A stretch of DNA of 63,977 bases, filler included, from Globobulimina sp. (taxonomy: Eukaryota), in assembly GCA_003354225.1 (NCBI GenBank). It is 47 parts of 47 records of this genome, joined end to end, with 100 filler letters (N's around TTAATTAATTAA, not from the genome) between each part and the next. Parts side by side here need not be neighbours in the genome. Positions count along the whole stretch, not along the records: positions 38,186 to 39,448 come from PIVH01019871.1; positions 39,549 to 40,811 come from PIVH01019872.1; positions 40,912 to 42,174 come from PIVH01019873.1; positions 42,275 to 43,537 come from PIVH01019874.1; positions 43,638 to 44,900 come from PIVH01019875.1; positions 45,001 to 46,263 come from PIVH01019876.1; positions 46,364 to 47,626 come from PIVH01019877.1; positions 47,727 to 48,989 come from PIVH01019878.1; 39 more parts are not named here. One strand, 5' to 3'. Both the position numbers and the translations under genes were made by a program. How positions within the stretch are numbered: the stretch's first letter is position 1; each line of letters starts with the position of its first letter. The notes under the pieces were generated by a model. The model searched no databases and was not told where the DNA came from. It saw only the letters and a list, made by a program, of their open reading frames with translations. Of the stretch, positions 38,186 through 50,452 are shown in pieces.

Positions 38186-39106
38186 AACTAATATCGATTC
38201 ATCATAAAACTGAGTGGCTCTATAAAATTGCCTGTTCATTACATCATATCCCATTATAAATGTCCATCTTTCTTCTTTTAAAATATGTTTTGTTTTTCTG
38301 TGCATTAAAACAATATCAGCTTCAAAAACACTTTGCCACGGACTTAATTTAAACATTGTAATATCCTCATTTCTATGTAATATTAATCTGTCTGCACCAT
38401 ACATTCCGTCCCCATCATAGTTACTCATCCATTCAACAAACTGTTTCCTTCCAAATAGTACTCTTTCGATGTCATTTGTATCCACAAAATTTAATTCAAA
38501 GTTAATGCTAAACTTTGATAAGAAATCGTTAATGGTTTGTTCATCAGTTTTATCATCCAAAACACCGATTGAATCCCAAAAATTTACCCAAAATACACCC
38601 ATATCATGTTCATCAAAATACAAATTATCCACATTTTCATTGTTAACCAATGTGTTAAATGCTATGGATTTTATTATGTATTTTGGTGATAAATCATTCA
38701 CTTTCCAGACTGTTTCATATTGCCCTGCATCAACAATCAGATTTTTCAAATTATAAAAATAATAATGACCCTTTTCAATGATAACCACTGGTTCTCCATC
38801 GATATCTTGATTATCATATGAAATCTCAATTGTATCTGTGATCATATCGCCATCTGTTATTTCCATTAATTCTTTAAATTTAAGCAAAACATCGATTGAA
38901 TCGTCAGTCTGATCATTAATGATAACGATTGCATCATCGGCAAACAAATTCAATATAGGTTTCCTATCGTTGTTGACAAGCCATGTAAACACTAAATTGT
39001 AATTAAGAGCTTCAATATCTATTCTTGCATCATCCACTGATATTTCAACAGCATATGTATTCAATGTGATAAATATTATCAGAACAGTAGATAAAACAAG
39101 ACGCAT
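38186..39106 (-). CDS. Secreted protein with tandem NTF2/SnoaL-like domains, 3'-partial
   Basis: Signal peptide, then LNLFADDAIVI...EKGHY...DAGQYETVWK (DUF4440/SnoaL-like) and a second similar unit. Confidence 0.65.
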
Positions 39107-40912
39107 TCTTAATTATCTAAAAACTTTTCGAAAATTGAGTGAAAAAAAACAGTTTGGGCATGTTGACTGTCACAGAAACAAAAGATATTGTGATGATATC
39201 TGTGATAGGATTATTTGGAGTGCTAACATTGGTTGTCTTTATTTTGGTAAATCTTGCTGTTGATATTACCTATGTCTTTCTAGATCCGCGCTTGCGAGAG
39301 GGTCAATAATGGGCAATAGTTCTGTGCAATCAGCCACTCAATCATCTCCCGAACACAATGCGCCCGACTCTAGCATACCAACCCCGGTAAAAGGTAATAA
39401 GATCAAATCGTCGGGACGACCTCGACGGTCCGCTCTGGGTTCGGCCATNNNNNNNNNNNNNNNNNNNNNNNNNNNNNNNNNNNNNNNNNNNNTTAATTAA
39501 TTAANNNNNNNNNNNNNNNNNNNNNNNNNNNNNNNNNNNNNNNNNNNNTTTACTGACTTGTTTATCAATTTACTTACCGCCTTTTCAACACAAAGTCAGT
39601 AACTTACTTTACTTTACTGACTTTAAATTTTTGAAAATTTACTTGCTTTTACTTCCACTCCCAACAACATATAAATAATACACTCGTTTTATAGGTATAC
39701 CTTTTTCTTCAGTGCGAAAACGTTCAAATACAAACAATCTTCACTTTCTGGTCTAACTCCTGTGAACAATTGTACACAGCCATTAGGAAACTGTGTGGTC
39801 TTTATAGGTTTTTGCCAACTGTCTGGTGGCACGGGTTTCTAAAAGATAAAAAAATGGTTCAGGTAGACAAAAAACAACAAGTGTCTTTTGCATTGAAGCG
39901 TATGAATCGTTCTGCCTGCCCTATTATATACACTGCAAATAACAAAGAAATAAACAACCGCTAGTAATCTAATAAATCGTGTTAAATGTCATGAATAGTG
40001 CATATTTATTAGTGCAATTTTACGTTGCTTACATTTGAATAAAATGCTGATTTATTGAAAGAATAGCCTTAACTGGTCGTCCAAATCCATTGCAACCCCA
40101 GATAACTTTAAGAGTGCTTCAAAATACTTTTTATTGATCGACAATACTGTTTCAATTGAATTAAAAAAGTTTCACTCCATTTTTTCAGAAGTTTTATTCT
40201 GCTTCTCACAACTATGCGAGCAGTGGGAGTAAAGAATATGTATTTATGTGCTAATGTAGGTATTTTCTTTGTAATTATCTTTCCTTGTCAAAAAACAATC
40301 CATACCTACCCACCTATGTTTCTTACAAACTCATTTATTGGTACATGAGGTGGTATTTATTTATTTAGTGTGAAACTTACAATCAGAGACACGACAAGAA
40401 TGACCGAAAGTGTGCAAAGATTTTTATTTTAAATTTCTCAACATTAATAGTCTCGGCTTTTTTAAACAGACTTTAAATAGTTCAGAAATAAAATAATTAA
40501 TTTCATCACTTCGAAAAATAGGTGTCAGGTGTTTGTAGGTGCGGCGCACCTTGTCCTTTCCTCTGTGCATACGTGCATATCGAAATATGTATGCATTGGG
40601 CGTTGAACTTCGAAACAACTGGACCGATTTGGCAGAAACTTGCAACATAGATAATATAACACCATATCTCCTGGCCAGTTTTTCATCGCGATCGAGTTAC
40701 TGTATCTCAAGATATGGCGAATCGCCCGAAGACACCAAATTAGCTCTAAGTTCATAATGAGTCGTCCGATCGAGCTGGATATCCGTGCCTTATAGGGGAA
40801 CAAAATTACTTNNNNNNNNNNNNNNNNNNNNNNNNNNNNNNNNNNNNNNNNNNNNTTAATTAATTAANNNNNNNNNNNNNNNNNNNNNNNNNNNNNNNNN
40901 NNNNNNNNNNNG

Positions 40913-41581
40913 GTTCATGTTGTTGATAAAGGAAAAGATCAAAAAGAATATATTCCATATTGGAGCCTGGCATATTTATCAGCAGCGTTTGGTTCCACCA
41001 TTGGTCCACCAGCACTGATATTCGAAAGCACCATCAAATATTTCATGTCCCATAAGGGAAGCAAAAGACAAGTTATTGGATTTCAAATGCTTAAACACTG
41101 TCCACTTTATACGATTTTTCATTTTAGCATTTTGACAATTATATTTCCAACGATGCTGATTTATAATTTGGGTTTATGGAAAGGTATTGCATTTCACATC
41201 TTATCTTCATTTATTCATGGTTTAATATTTCATGTTGGTACGCAAATATCACATATTAATCAAGAATCATTTAGAAATGAAGGGATGAAATTAAGTCAAA
41301 ATTTCATTGTACATCAAATATTGAGTTCTGCTGATTATGCTGTTGATTCGCATTTTATTGGATTTTTATTTTCAGGTTTACCGAATCAAGGATTACATCA
41401 TGTAATCCCCAACATTCATCCATGTCATTTCCCTAAACTGAGTAAAGTATTTGATGAATTTTGTAAAAAACATGACATTAAACGTACAGTTCATGATAGT
41501 TTGATCCAATGTATCAAATCTCATTTCAGTCATATAATAAAAGTGAATTGTGATTCATCTGCTTATAAGGGTGAATTGTGA
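40913..41581 (+). CDS. Front-end (delta-5/delta-6-type) fatty acid desaturase, last exon
   Basis: TQISH, HQILSSADY and GLPNQGLHHVIP (the Q-x-x-HH third box typical of front-end desaturases). Confidence 0.88.
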   Translation, partial: VHVVDKGKDQKEYIPYWSLAYLSAAFGSTIGPPALIFESTIKYFMSHKGSKRQVIGFQMLKHCPLYTIFHFSILTIIFPTMLIYNLGLWKGIAFHILSSFIHGLIFHVGTQISHINQESFRNEGMKLSQNFIVHQILSSADYAVDSHFIGFLFSGLPNQGLHHVIPNIHPCHFPKLSKVFDEFCKKHDIKRTVHDSLIQCIKSHFSHIIKVNCDSSAYKGEL

Positions 41582-42055
41582 CAGAAGGTAGAAAATGTTG
41601 CAAAAACAGATGGAAATGAAGTTAAATATCATTGAGGAATGCATATTGTTAATTAATGTCTGAATTATGTTCATTTATTCGTTAAGTGACTCCAACAAAC
41701 ATTGTTCGTCAGTTTGTTCTGGGTTTCTTCATAGAAAGTGAATGACTGACATTTCTGAATGAAAAAACTATGTTGGTTTGTCTATTCAGAACCTGAATAA
41801 AAAACAATCTAAAACTGAATGAAAAAACTAAAAATGTATTTTCATTCAGAAATCAAATGAAAAAACTCAAATACTTTCTATTCAGATTTTGGTAGAGTGA
41901 TACTGGTAAAATTAAAGTGATATGCTCATTTTTGGATATATTGTAGCTACGGACTCCAACATTGTTTCTGTGAAGTATAATTTAGCTAATTGAGTCAGTT
42001 TGCTGACTCATCCAAAATGTATAAAATTGAATCGGGAAAACATATATTTGATAAA

Positions 42056-42174
42056 GGTTCATGTTGTTGATAAAGGAAAAGATCAAAAAGAATATATTCC
42101 ATATTGGAGCCTGGCATATTTATCAGCAGCGTTTGGTTCCACCATTGGTCCACCAGCACTGATATTCGAAAGCA
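42056..42174 (+). repeat. 119-bp terminal direct repeat of 40912-41030 (loop contig)
   Basis: The contig end is identical to the contig start. Confidence 0.95.
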
Positions 42175-42276
42175 NNNNNNNNNNNNNNNNNNNNNNNNNN
42201 NNNNNNNNNNNNNNNNNNTTAATTAATTAANNNNNNNNNNNNNNNNNNNNNNNNNNNNNNNNNNNNNNNNNNNNTT

Positions 42277-42570
42277 TAGGCGATTTTGAGACCTAAGACT
42301 GTAGGTATCATGGTGATTGATGATCGATCAACGTCAACGTTTATTGGTGATCAACAACAACGATTGCAAGAAAAATATTTGATTGTCGGTTACCGTGATT
42401 CCACAGTCTTCTAGGCTATTTTGAGACCCAATACTTGTATCATGGTGATCGATGATCGATCAACGTTTTGGTGATCAAGAATGAGTACAAGAAACAATAC
42501 GTTTGTTTGAGCCCGTAAGTGAACAGTCTTAGACAGTATTTGAGCTCTAAGGCTGTTATACTTATGGTCT
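42277..42570. repeat. Degenerate tandem repeat, about 120-135-bp period
   Basis: TAGGC.ATTTTGAGACC.AA.ACT...GTATCATGGTGAT.GATGATCGATCAACGT occurs twice, plus a decayed third copy. Confidence 0.7.
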
Positions 42571-44319
42571 TAAAACGAGCGAAAACACCGTATATTATGG
42601 TAAAATCAAATACTAAGTATAGATACTGCTGTGATATCTTATTTTATGTGTGAAATAATATAGTAAACTTTTACAACATTTTATTATTCGTGACGTGATT
42701 ATTGACAATTTTTCTATTGGTCCATAATAGAACAAGAACAACTTGTAACAAATTTGGCAGTTTGACGAATTTGAACCTTAATTTGGCTTAAATTAACTTC
42801 AACAAATTTATTGTCTATGTACATAACAAACATACAGTAATTTACGACGAAAATGATTAGACACAACGACTTCAAACAATATAAATATGTACATAATGTA
42901 AATACTTGTATGTATATTTCTCTTTTTCACTCTCCACCATCTTCATCAACCTGATTTGCTCCATCATCGACGACTAATTGATGTTCTCCGTCTTCAACCA
43001 CTAATTGATGTTGTTCACCGTCTTCAACCACTGGATCGACTACAATTGGTTCTGGATCTTCATCGATCTGTTGTAGCTCCATCACTACCGGCCCCGGATT
43101 TGGCTCAGCTTGTAGTCCAGCTGGTTGCTCTTCCAATAGTCTAAAAACAAAACAAGCATCATACTGTGTACATGGGTATAGGTTTAACCACCCCCAAAAC
43201 ATAGGTGCTCAAGCTCGACTGGCCTGGGGGGGATTTTTTTTAAAAAATTGCCTTTAAATATGCAATTTTCTGCAAAATTGGCCCAAAATCGTCCAAAAAG
43301 TCGTTATTTAGTCCAAAAATGCTTAACAACTGCCGTTTCGGCGAAAATATACCGATTTTAGACCAAAAAACAGCAGTTGGGGGGCCCCCCCGTGAGCACC
43401 TATGCCCCAAAACATCAAATTCGGTTATCACCCCCAAATCACATTCGTCTAAAAACAAGTGGTATCATCATACATGGGCATGTGGCTTTAACCACCCCCA
43501 AATCACAAATTGGGGGAGCAACTTTTGACCCCCTCTGNNNNNNNNNNNNNNNNNNNNNNNNNNNNNNNNNNNNNNNNNNNNTTAATTAATTAANNNNNNN
43601 NNNNNNNNNNNNNNNNNNNNNNNNNNNNNNNNNNNNNTCCACATAAATGATGGTGACTATTTCATGCACCATCATACCCATTTAAGAGCAAAATATGAAG
43701 TCTTATTCTACCACTTCTTGTAGTATAGGACTAATATTGTAATTTAGTTAACTCTGAACTGAAACTGCTTCCTAGGATGAGGCAAGGCAACAACTATTGT
43801 ATGCTCCGCATCCGGAGAGATGACTATTTCATGCACCATGCCCATTTTATAGCAAAAAGTTAACAAAATTCCCATTTATTTATCACATTAAAAAATATCT
43901 GTCTCTGTCTGCTTTCAAATTCTCACTAAAAGAGAAATAGCTAAAGTCAAAAACATATAACCACAAGAGCAAAAGATCAACCCACACCTCCAGCAATTTT
44001 GGTAAAGCAGGCTCTACCTCCACCACTGGTAAATGATCACACCGGCAGTACATAAGTGATTGGGTTTTGAGCTATATGAGCTCGGCCAGGGACCAACAGT
44101 AGGGAATCACCACTACATAATCCAGTCTACCGAAATTTGCATAAAGTACTATTAAAATAAAATCACTTCGATAGCGATATAAACTGAGAGGTCATACTGA
44201 AAAGACACTCTTCACTAGAATTTAAACCAAAGAATGGCTACCATAGCCATAAAACTAACAATATTTAACTTGAATTTTTCTGTCTCCAGACAAATCAAAC
44301 ATCAATCGTAGGATTCAAG

Positions 44320-44358
44320 GCACAACCGGTTTCGCCCCAGAGGGGCATCTTCAGGCGC
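44320..44358 (-). ncRNA. Minimal type I hammerhead ribozyme (Penelope/retrozyme type)
   Basis: The minus strand reads GCGC-CUGAAGA-U-GCCCC-UCU-GGGGC-GAAA-CCG-GUU-GUGC. It has both core boxes, a 5-bp stem II, a palindromic stem III (ACCGGU) and stem I GCGC/GUGC. Confidence 0.8.
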
Positions 44359-45000
44359 AATGCTGACTTAACTAGAGACGGATATATTATAGGACAAAAG
44401 TCCACTTCAGATTATTTGGGACAAAAAGTCCATTTTAACGATTTTAGGACATCATGTCCAGTTTTTTCTTAATTTACAAAACCATATGTAAAGTTCTTCA
44501 TTCTTTATGGGACCCTAGGTACTGTAGGTACCCTTTCAATTCAAAGTTTGGACAAACCCTTTTCATTTTCATGAGGGTCACTCAGTCCTGTACATTTTTG
44601 GGGATCTTTAAAAGTCCATTTCTCAGATAGGGACTCAAAGTCCTATTCAAATTTGGAACCAAAAGTCCATTCCCACTCAGTTGGGACATTCCACTTCCAT
44701 TAATTTTTGAAAAAAATCACATAACAACTTTTAACCTTAAGAAAACTCTATGCTTTCAGCACCAAATCTTCCATTTTTATATACATATATTTAAGGTGTT
44801 GCCAAAAAGTTATCAACAAAACACCAAATATTAAAGCACTTGCTAAGAAGTTATCAAATAACTATCAAAAACAGTGCATATCAAACTGACTTTTTAAAAT
44901 NNNNNNNNNNNNNNNNNNNNNNNNNNNNNNNNNNNNNNNNNNNNTTAATTAATTAANNNNNNNNNNNNNNNNNNNNNNNNNNNNNNNNNNNNNNNNNNNN

Positions 45001-46089
45001 TCGAAGCAGCCATAATAAATTATCTTCACGATATAGAGCACCATTATGAGCCAACAGTTTCATCAAAGCGTCAAAATAATTCCCTTTATTTTTCCAACTT
45101 TCCCAATCATCGATATCATGCAACTGTAAATTATATCTACTTTGACCCGATTTATCCTTTGCAAATAGATAATATTCAAAAGCAAGTTCAATTATTTTTG
45201 CTCTTAATTCCTCACCTTCAGAACGTATATCGTTTGACTGTGAGTTTGGGTTTGCCAAAGTAACATAATCCAGCAACCATTTTGCCTGAAAATCGCGCCG
45301 ACGTCCTTTTCCAAAATCTGCAGGTAACGTCGCATTGTGATAGTGGTAATGTCGAAATAGTTTGTGAGTTTTTACTATTTCCTTTTTAATTTTTTGTATT
45401 GTACGCAAATTCCATGGAACAAAATAATATTCGACTCTCGCTTTTCTTTGATCTGCAGATGCTTTTTCAGTATAAAACTCGTCAACCAATACTTCGTACA
45501 AAATGCAAAACTTCCAAAATTCATTTTTTGCATCAGAGGAACTCCATCGATACCAATTCTCCCATGTATACCAATAATCTATTAATTGGCGAGAGGAATA
45601 AAATAATGTATCTGGAACACCCGGTAAAACAACGCCACGTAAATGTTTTTCTGGAACATTTTTATTAAAATCGAGACTGTCTCCAACCCCAAGTAAAAAA
45701 TGTACTATTTTCAGATAATCAGCTTCAGGTTTTCGACTGCCTTCAAATGCAGAAGCAGCACATTCCAACATTAATGGAAGTCGATCGTAATAAACTTGAC
45801 TGCCTTTTATCACCAAATCGCTGATTGTTTCTGCCATTCCATCAGGTTTCGGTGCATCAGTTTGATGCTCGCATATAAAGTTTTTGATCTCTTCTACTTT
45901 TTGATAATAAGGACTGTCTTTCCACTGTTTACTTGTCTTCATATTCTGTATATCATCTGCATATTCTGTAACTTGACCAATTATATCAGAGCCTAATTGT
46001 GATATTAATCTCCTGCTCACTGCAGCTTTATTATAAATTGCGTTGGTGAATGGAATCAATGCCAATATCAATAATAATAACGATGCCAT
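45001..46089 (-). CDS. Secreted hypothetical protein, 3'-partial
   Basis: Signal peptide MASLLLLILALIPFTNA and more than 360 aa of open, aromatic-rich frame. Confidence 0.7.
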
Positions 46090-46505
46090 GCTTGATTACG
46101 GTATGAATGTTGAATTTTAGTTTAAAAGATATATCTTTTTATAGTAGAGTTAGTGCATTTAAGTGAAAAGAAAGTAAAATCGATAATCCAGTTGATTTTA
46201 TCCGTCTACAATCAATATTTAACAGACTAAACGAATAAATACTGAATTATATCAACGTATTTANNNNNNNNNNNNNNNNNNNNNNNNNNNNNNNNNNNNN
46301 NNNNNNNTTAATTAATTAANNNNNNNNNNNNNNNNNNNNNNNNNNNNNNNNNNNNNNNNNNNNAAAAAGCAATAAAAAACGCGTCAAAGTGGATGCAAGT
46401 GATGGAGTGTAAACTAGCAACAAAATCACAAAATGGCAACAAAATCACAAAATGAGTAATTTGAAAAACACTCTGTATGAAAAGAAAAATACTGCTAACG
46501 CATTC

Positions 46506-47624
46506 CTATAATTTATCATAAGTCGCAGTTTGTTGAAATCTATACATTGCGTCAGTCATTAAACGTACCATTTCCTCACAGCATTGATCATACAAATGGA
46601 TCAAATCTTTATCCGTAATATCTCCATTTGCCATAAATACTTCACAATCATCCATCAATTTAAAATAATACTTTCTTTGCATTGATGATAGATTGATTTC
46701 GAAATCACTCCCTTTTGCAACATATTTCATATATAATTCATACGCCTTTTGTTTATTGTTCCATTCTGGATTCATAACAATCCATGATTTTGGTATATTA
46801 TCTGGCAATTTAATTGAAAACGAATCATTTTCTTCAGCAACATAATCATTTGTTTCCTCTTTAACAAACTCCCTAAACTGCACAAATTCAGTCAATGAAA
46901 GTAAACATTCGATACACATCTCGTGTGATAAATGGTTAATAAAACCATAATAAATGTTACCCGACAATAACGATTCAAATACATTGGCTCGCATTGTTGT
47001 TGTTGAACGTCTTACTTTGTGATTGCTTTGAAATTTTGGTTTTGCCGTAATTTCAATGGTATGCTTTACTTCTAGCTCTAATTTAGTTGGTACGCGATTT
47101 ATTCTGAACCTATTGCTGACAATGATTTTATCACAGCGATCATTTACCCATTTGGTGCTTGTATATATTGCACAAAATTGAGCTAATATAATTACATGAT
47201 TCACTACAATAACACCAATGTCTTGTGTGAGTTGGCTGAGTGTCCCGTTCGCAAAAAGTAGAGAAAACAGTAAAAGATGCGCGAAATATGCGATATAATT
47301 AATCGATAAGCAGATAAAAATATATTTCAATTCTTTTGTGATATAAAAATTATCGTTAAATTTTGGTGTCGTGACATGAATAATAATCAATAAAATGTAA
47401 GGAATAATATAATCCCACGACGAATATAAAGAGACAATGTAAGAGTTCTGCGATGCCTTTGTATAAACCTCAGGAAAGAATAAAATAGTGATATTGTATA
47501 TGGTCGTCAATATTGTAGCAATAATGAATAATATGTACATAATAAATTTTGTATCACCAAACGTTTTCTTATATTTGATGTAAAATGTAGTATTTATAAA
47601 GTTAAATTCTTTTGGATTGATAAT
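46506..47624 (-). CDS. 7TM-RGS-type protein (TM helices plus a C-terminal RGS domain), 5'-partial
   Basis: Four visible TM segments, then FINHLSHEMCIECLL...LYMKYVAKGSDFEINLSSMQR...LMTDAMYRF (RGS box). Confidence 0.88.
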   Translation of the reverse strand: MINPKEFNFINTTFYIKYKKTFGDTKFIMYILFIIATILTTIYNITILFFPEVYTKASQNSYIVSLYSSWDYIIPYILLIIIHVTTPKFNDNFYITKELKYIFICLSINYIAYFAHLLLFSLLFANGTLSQLTQDIGVIVVNHVIILAQFCAIYTSTKWVNDRCDKIIVSNRFRINRVPTKLELEVKHTIEITAKPKFQSNHKVRRSTTTMRANVFESLLSGNIYYGFINHLSHEMCIECLLSLTEFVQFREFVKEETNDYVAEENDSFSIKLPDNIPKSWIVMNPEWNNKQKAYELYMKYVAKGSDFEINLSSMQRKYYFKLMDDCEVFMANGDITDKDLIHLYDQCCEEMVRLMTDAMYRFQQTATYDKL

Positions 47625-47726
47625 GGNNNNNNNNNNNNNNNNNNNNNNNNNNNNNNNNNNNNNNNNNNNNTTAATTAATTAANNNNNNNNNNNNNNNNNN
47701 NNNNNNNNNNNNNNNNNNNNNNNNNN

Positions 47727-48613
47727 TGGAAAGAAATGAGAGATGAAAAGAAAAAGCCATATAGTGATAAAGCGGCCATATTGAGAAATGAATATAGGAC
47801 AAAAATGGTAAAATATAAACACACTCAAAATTATATGGATCATCAACAGAGACTCAAAGAGTGGAAACAGCAATGTATAGATATGTCCGTATCAAATGGC
47901 GATATTGACAGTGACAGCAACAGCAACAATAAAAATAAAAAGAATTTACGCCAAGACAATTGGAAAGAGTTCAAAGTTATTTTTTTATTTATATTATAGC
48001 GTTTCTCTTTGATTTCAATTCGTTTCTGTAATCTGTGCACAAGGAACGGCGGCAAAATGAGAATGAAAAAGAAAGCGAGAATGAAGGAACATGTACAAAT
48101 GTGAACGAATGGAATTGGTATTCAATAATTAAATGGTTAAATCGCATCGAACAGGGAAGGTTTAAGAATGTGAAATATTCGACAATTAAGAAAATATGGA
48201 AGGAATCAAAAATTAAAGGATACGAATTATTCGCATTGAATGATTTTGTATTAAGAATGGGTGGAATGACTGACAACGAAGACAGGAAAATTGTGTTGAA
48301 ACATATTTTGGGTTTAAGTGAAGATAGGAATGATAGGCTGGAAAATGGAAATGAGAAAAGAGTGACTAGTATTTTGGAGTGTGATATTCCCAATGAAATG
48401 TGTTGTCCGATATCATATGAGATTATGGCAGATCCCGTATTATGTGTAGTGTCTGGACATTCATACGAAAGGGAAGTGATTGAAGAATATATTAATGATA
48501 AACATCAAGACCCGTTGACCCGGCAAGAGGTAACAATGGATAAATTAGTTCCAAATCGAGCTTTAAGAGACATTATTGAATCATGGAAATCAAAGCATGA
48601 TATTCAAGAGTAA
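47727..48613 (+). CDS. HMG-box + SAM-like + U-box protein, intron at 47976-48043, 5'-partial
   Basis: WKEMRDEKKKPYSDKA (HMG helix 3), WNWYSIIKWL...IKGYEL...DRKIVLKHI (SAM-like) and PNEMCCPISYEIMADPV...PNRALRDIIESW (U-box). A phase-0 GT-AG intron joins the two frames. Confidence 0.85.
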
Positions 48614-49090
48614 AGTTTTTTATTTTATTAAATATAACATATTTTAAAATTCAATTAATTAATTGGTTAAACTTAAAAGGACTTCAGAATACAATGTATA
48701 ATAATAGAATAAAATCCGACTCCTCAGCACTTTATGTGACATTCTCGGCGAACTTTGTTTGGTCAAACCATCATAAATACCACACTGAAGGAATAACTTT
48801 ACCGTGTTTGCAAATCCAGAACAAAGTCAGAACAAATTTATAATTGAATTTTCGGTATACAAAGGGGGGAATGTATCGTTCAGTTAAAAAAAACTGTTGG
48901 AAACACAATATCGTCCATTACTTTGGTTTAGTATTTAATAATTGCAAGCCATGGATTCAAAGTCAATTCTGAGGAAATACAATATTTGTNNNNNNNNNNN
49001 NNNNNNNNNNNNNNNNNNNNNNNNNNNNNNNNNTTAATTAATTAANNNNNNNNNNNNNNNNNNNNNNNNNNNNNNNNNNNNNNNNNNNNG

Positions 49091-49486
49091 ATGCTTTCAA
49101 CTGTTCAAATGTTTGGCATTTTTATGGTTACTTTTGATGCGATTATTACTATTTTTGTCATATTTTTATCCTTTTCATTCAATAAGAAATATTTCACATT
49201 GTTTAAATGCCATTTATTAAGCAAGTGTTGTTGCAGATGGACAAGGAAATATATCATGGAAACGGAAAAGGAGAATGATGCAACTCTTACTGCTGAAGTT
49301 GAAGGAGTTGAATCTCAACAAACAAATACTTCTCAACTAGAAATGCAACGCATTCAGAATCATATATTCATCAAAACATTCGTCAAAAAGGAAAACAAAA
49401 TTCATGTTGCAACCGATAAGAAATTAGACACAATACAGGAGAGTGTCGATGATAATCAACAAACAGCTACATCACAAATAGAATAA
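49091..49486 (+). CDS. Membrane protein C-terminus (last TM helix plus Cys-rich tail, 7TM-like)
   Basis: TFDAIITIFVIFLSFSF followed by CHLLSKCCC. Confidence 0.5.
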   Translation: MLSTVQMFGIFMVTFDAIITIFVIFLSFSFNKKYFTLFKCHLLSKCCCRWTRKYIMETEKENDATLTAEVEGVESQQTNTSQLEMQRIQNHIFIKTFVKKENKIHVATDKKLDTIQESVDDNQQTATSQIE

Positions 49487-49842
49487 TGTATTGATTTAAA
49501 TCAATGAATAAGAAAATGGCAATTTGCTAAAATGATCCGAGTCAGTTTGTGTATACCAATTTGAACCACATTCAATTATGTTCCGTTTTTATTCTCTGAA
49601 TGTTCTTTCAGATTTGGTTACAAAGTGTATTTTTTTTGGCTGTATATTGTCTTGTTTTTGCTCGTTGCAATTGTTCGTGTTTTGAGTGGAATATTACAAT
49701 ACATATTAAAACTGTGTCCATTGTTTTGCTTTCAGGATTGCAAAAAACTTTGGTACGCACCACGTGGTACGCACTTGACAAGGAACGATGATTTGGATAC
49801 ACAAACGAATTGATTCTATGCGTTATGAATGCTGTAAAAAGA

Positions 49843-50352
49843 TTAAGTGATTATTCTAATGATATCACCCGTATCTCTTGAACTTACAGCCGGATACCAA
49901 TGAGTCACACCTTCTAACGGCTCATTTGGTAAATGCATAACATGCAACACTTCATTATCAGTAATATTAGTAAATGTCAATTTTTTCTGTTTCCCATCGT
50001 ATTCAACTTGTACAATATCCACATATTCCAAATGCATCTGTTAAGCCAGAATGAGCGGATTGATTCCAATTTTTACATTTATTGCTGGTAATACCAATGA
50101 AATAAATATAATTCGGGAAATAAGCTCCATTTTTAATACCTTATATTTGCACTCTCCATGATAAATATATGTCGTCTTTAACAGCAATGGGAAGATCAAT
50201 TAACACTGTCGCACCTAAATGTTGTTTAAGCGATGTTTGTTTGACAGTATGCTTATTAATCATTGTTGACATTTGTGGGTCCATTAAGTTGTTTGAAAAT
50301 GATAAGAAAATATGAACTCCCAAATGCTGCATTATTACATTGTTTAGTAATA
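49843..50352 (-). CDS. SPRY-like protein, spliced, partial
   Basis: YLSWRVQI...DIVQVEYDGKQKKLTF...HWYPAVSSRDTGDIIRI. Confidence 0.5.
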
Positions 50353-50452
50353 NNNNNNNNNNNNNNNNNNNNNNNNNNNNNNNNNNNNNNNNNNNNTTAA
50401 TTAATTAANNNNNNNNNNNNNNNNNNNNNNNNNNNNNNNNNNNNNNNNNNNN

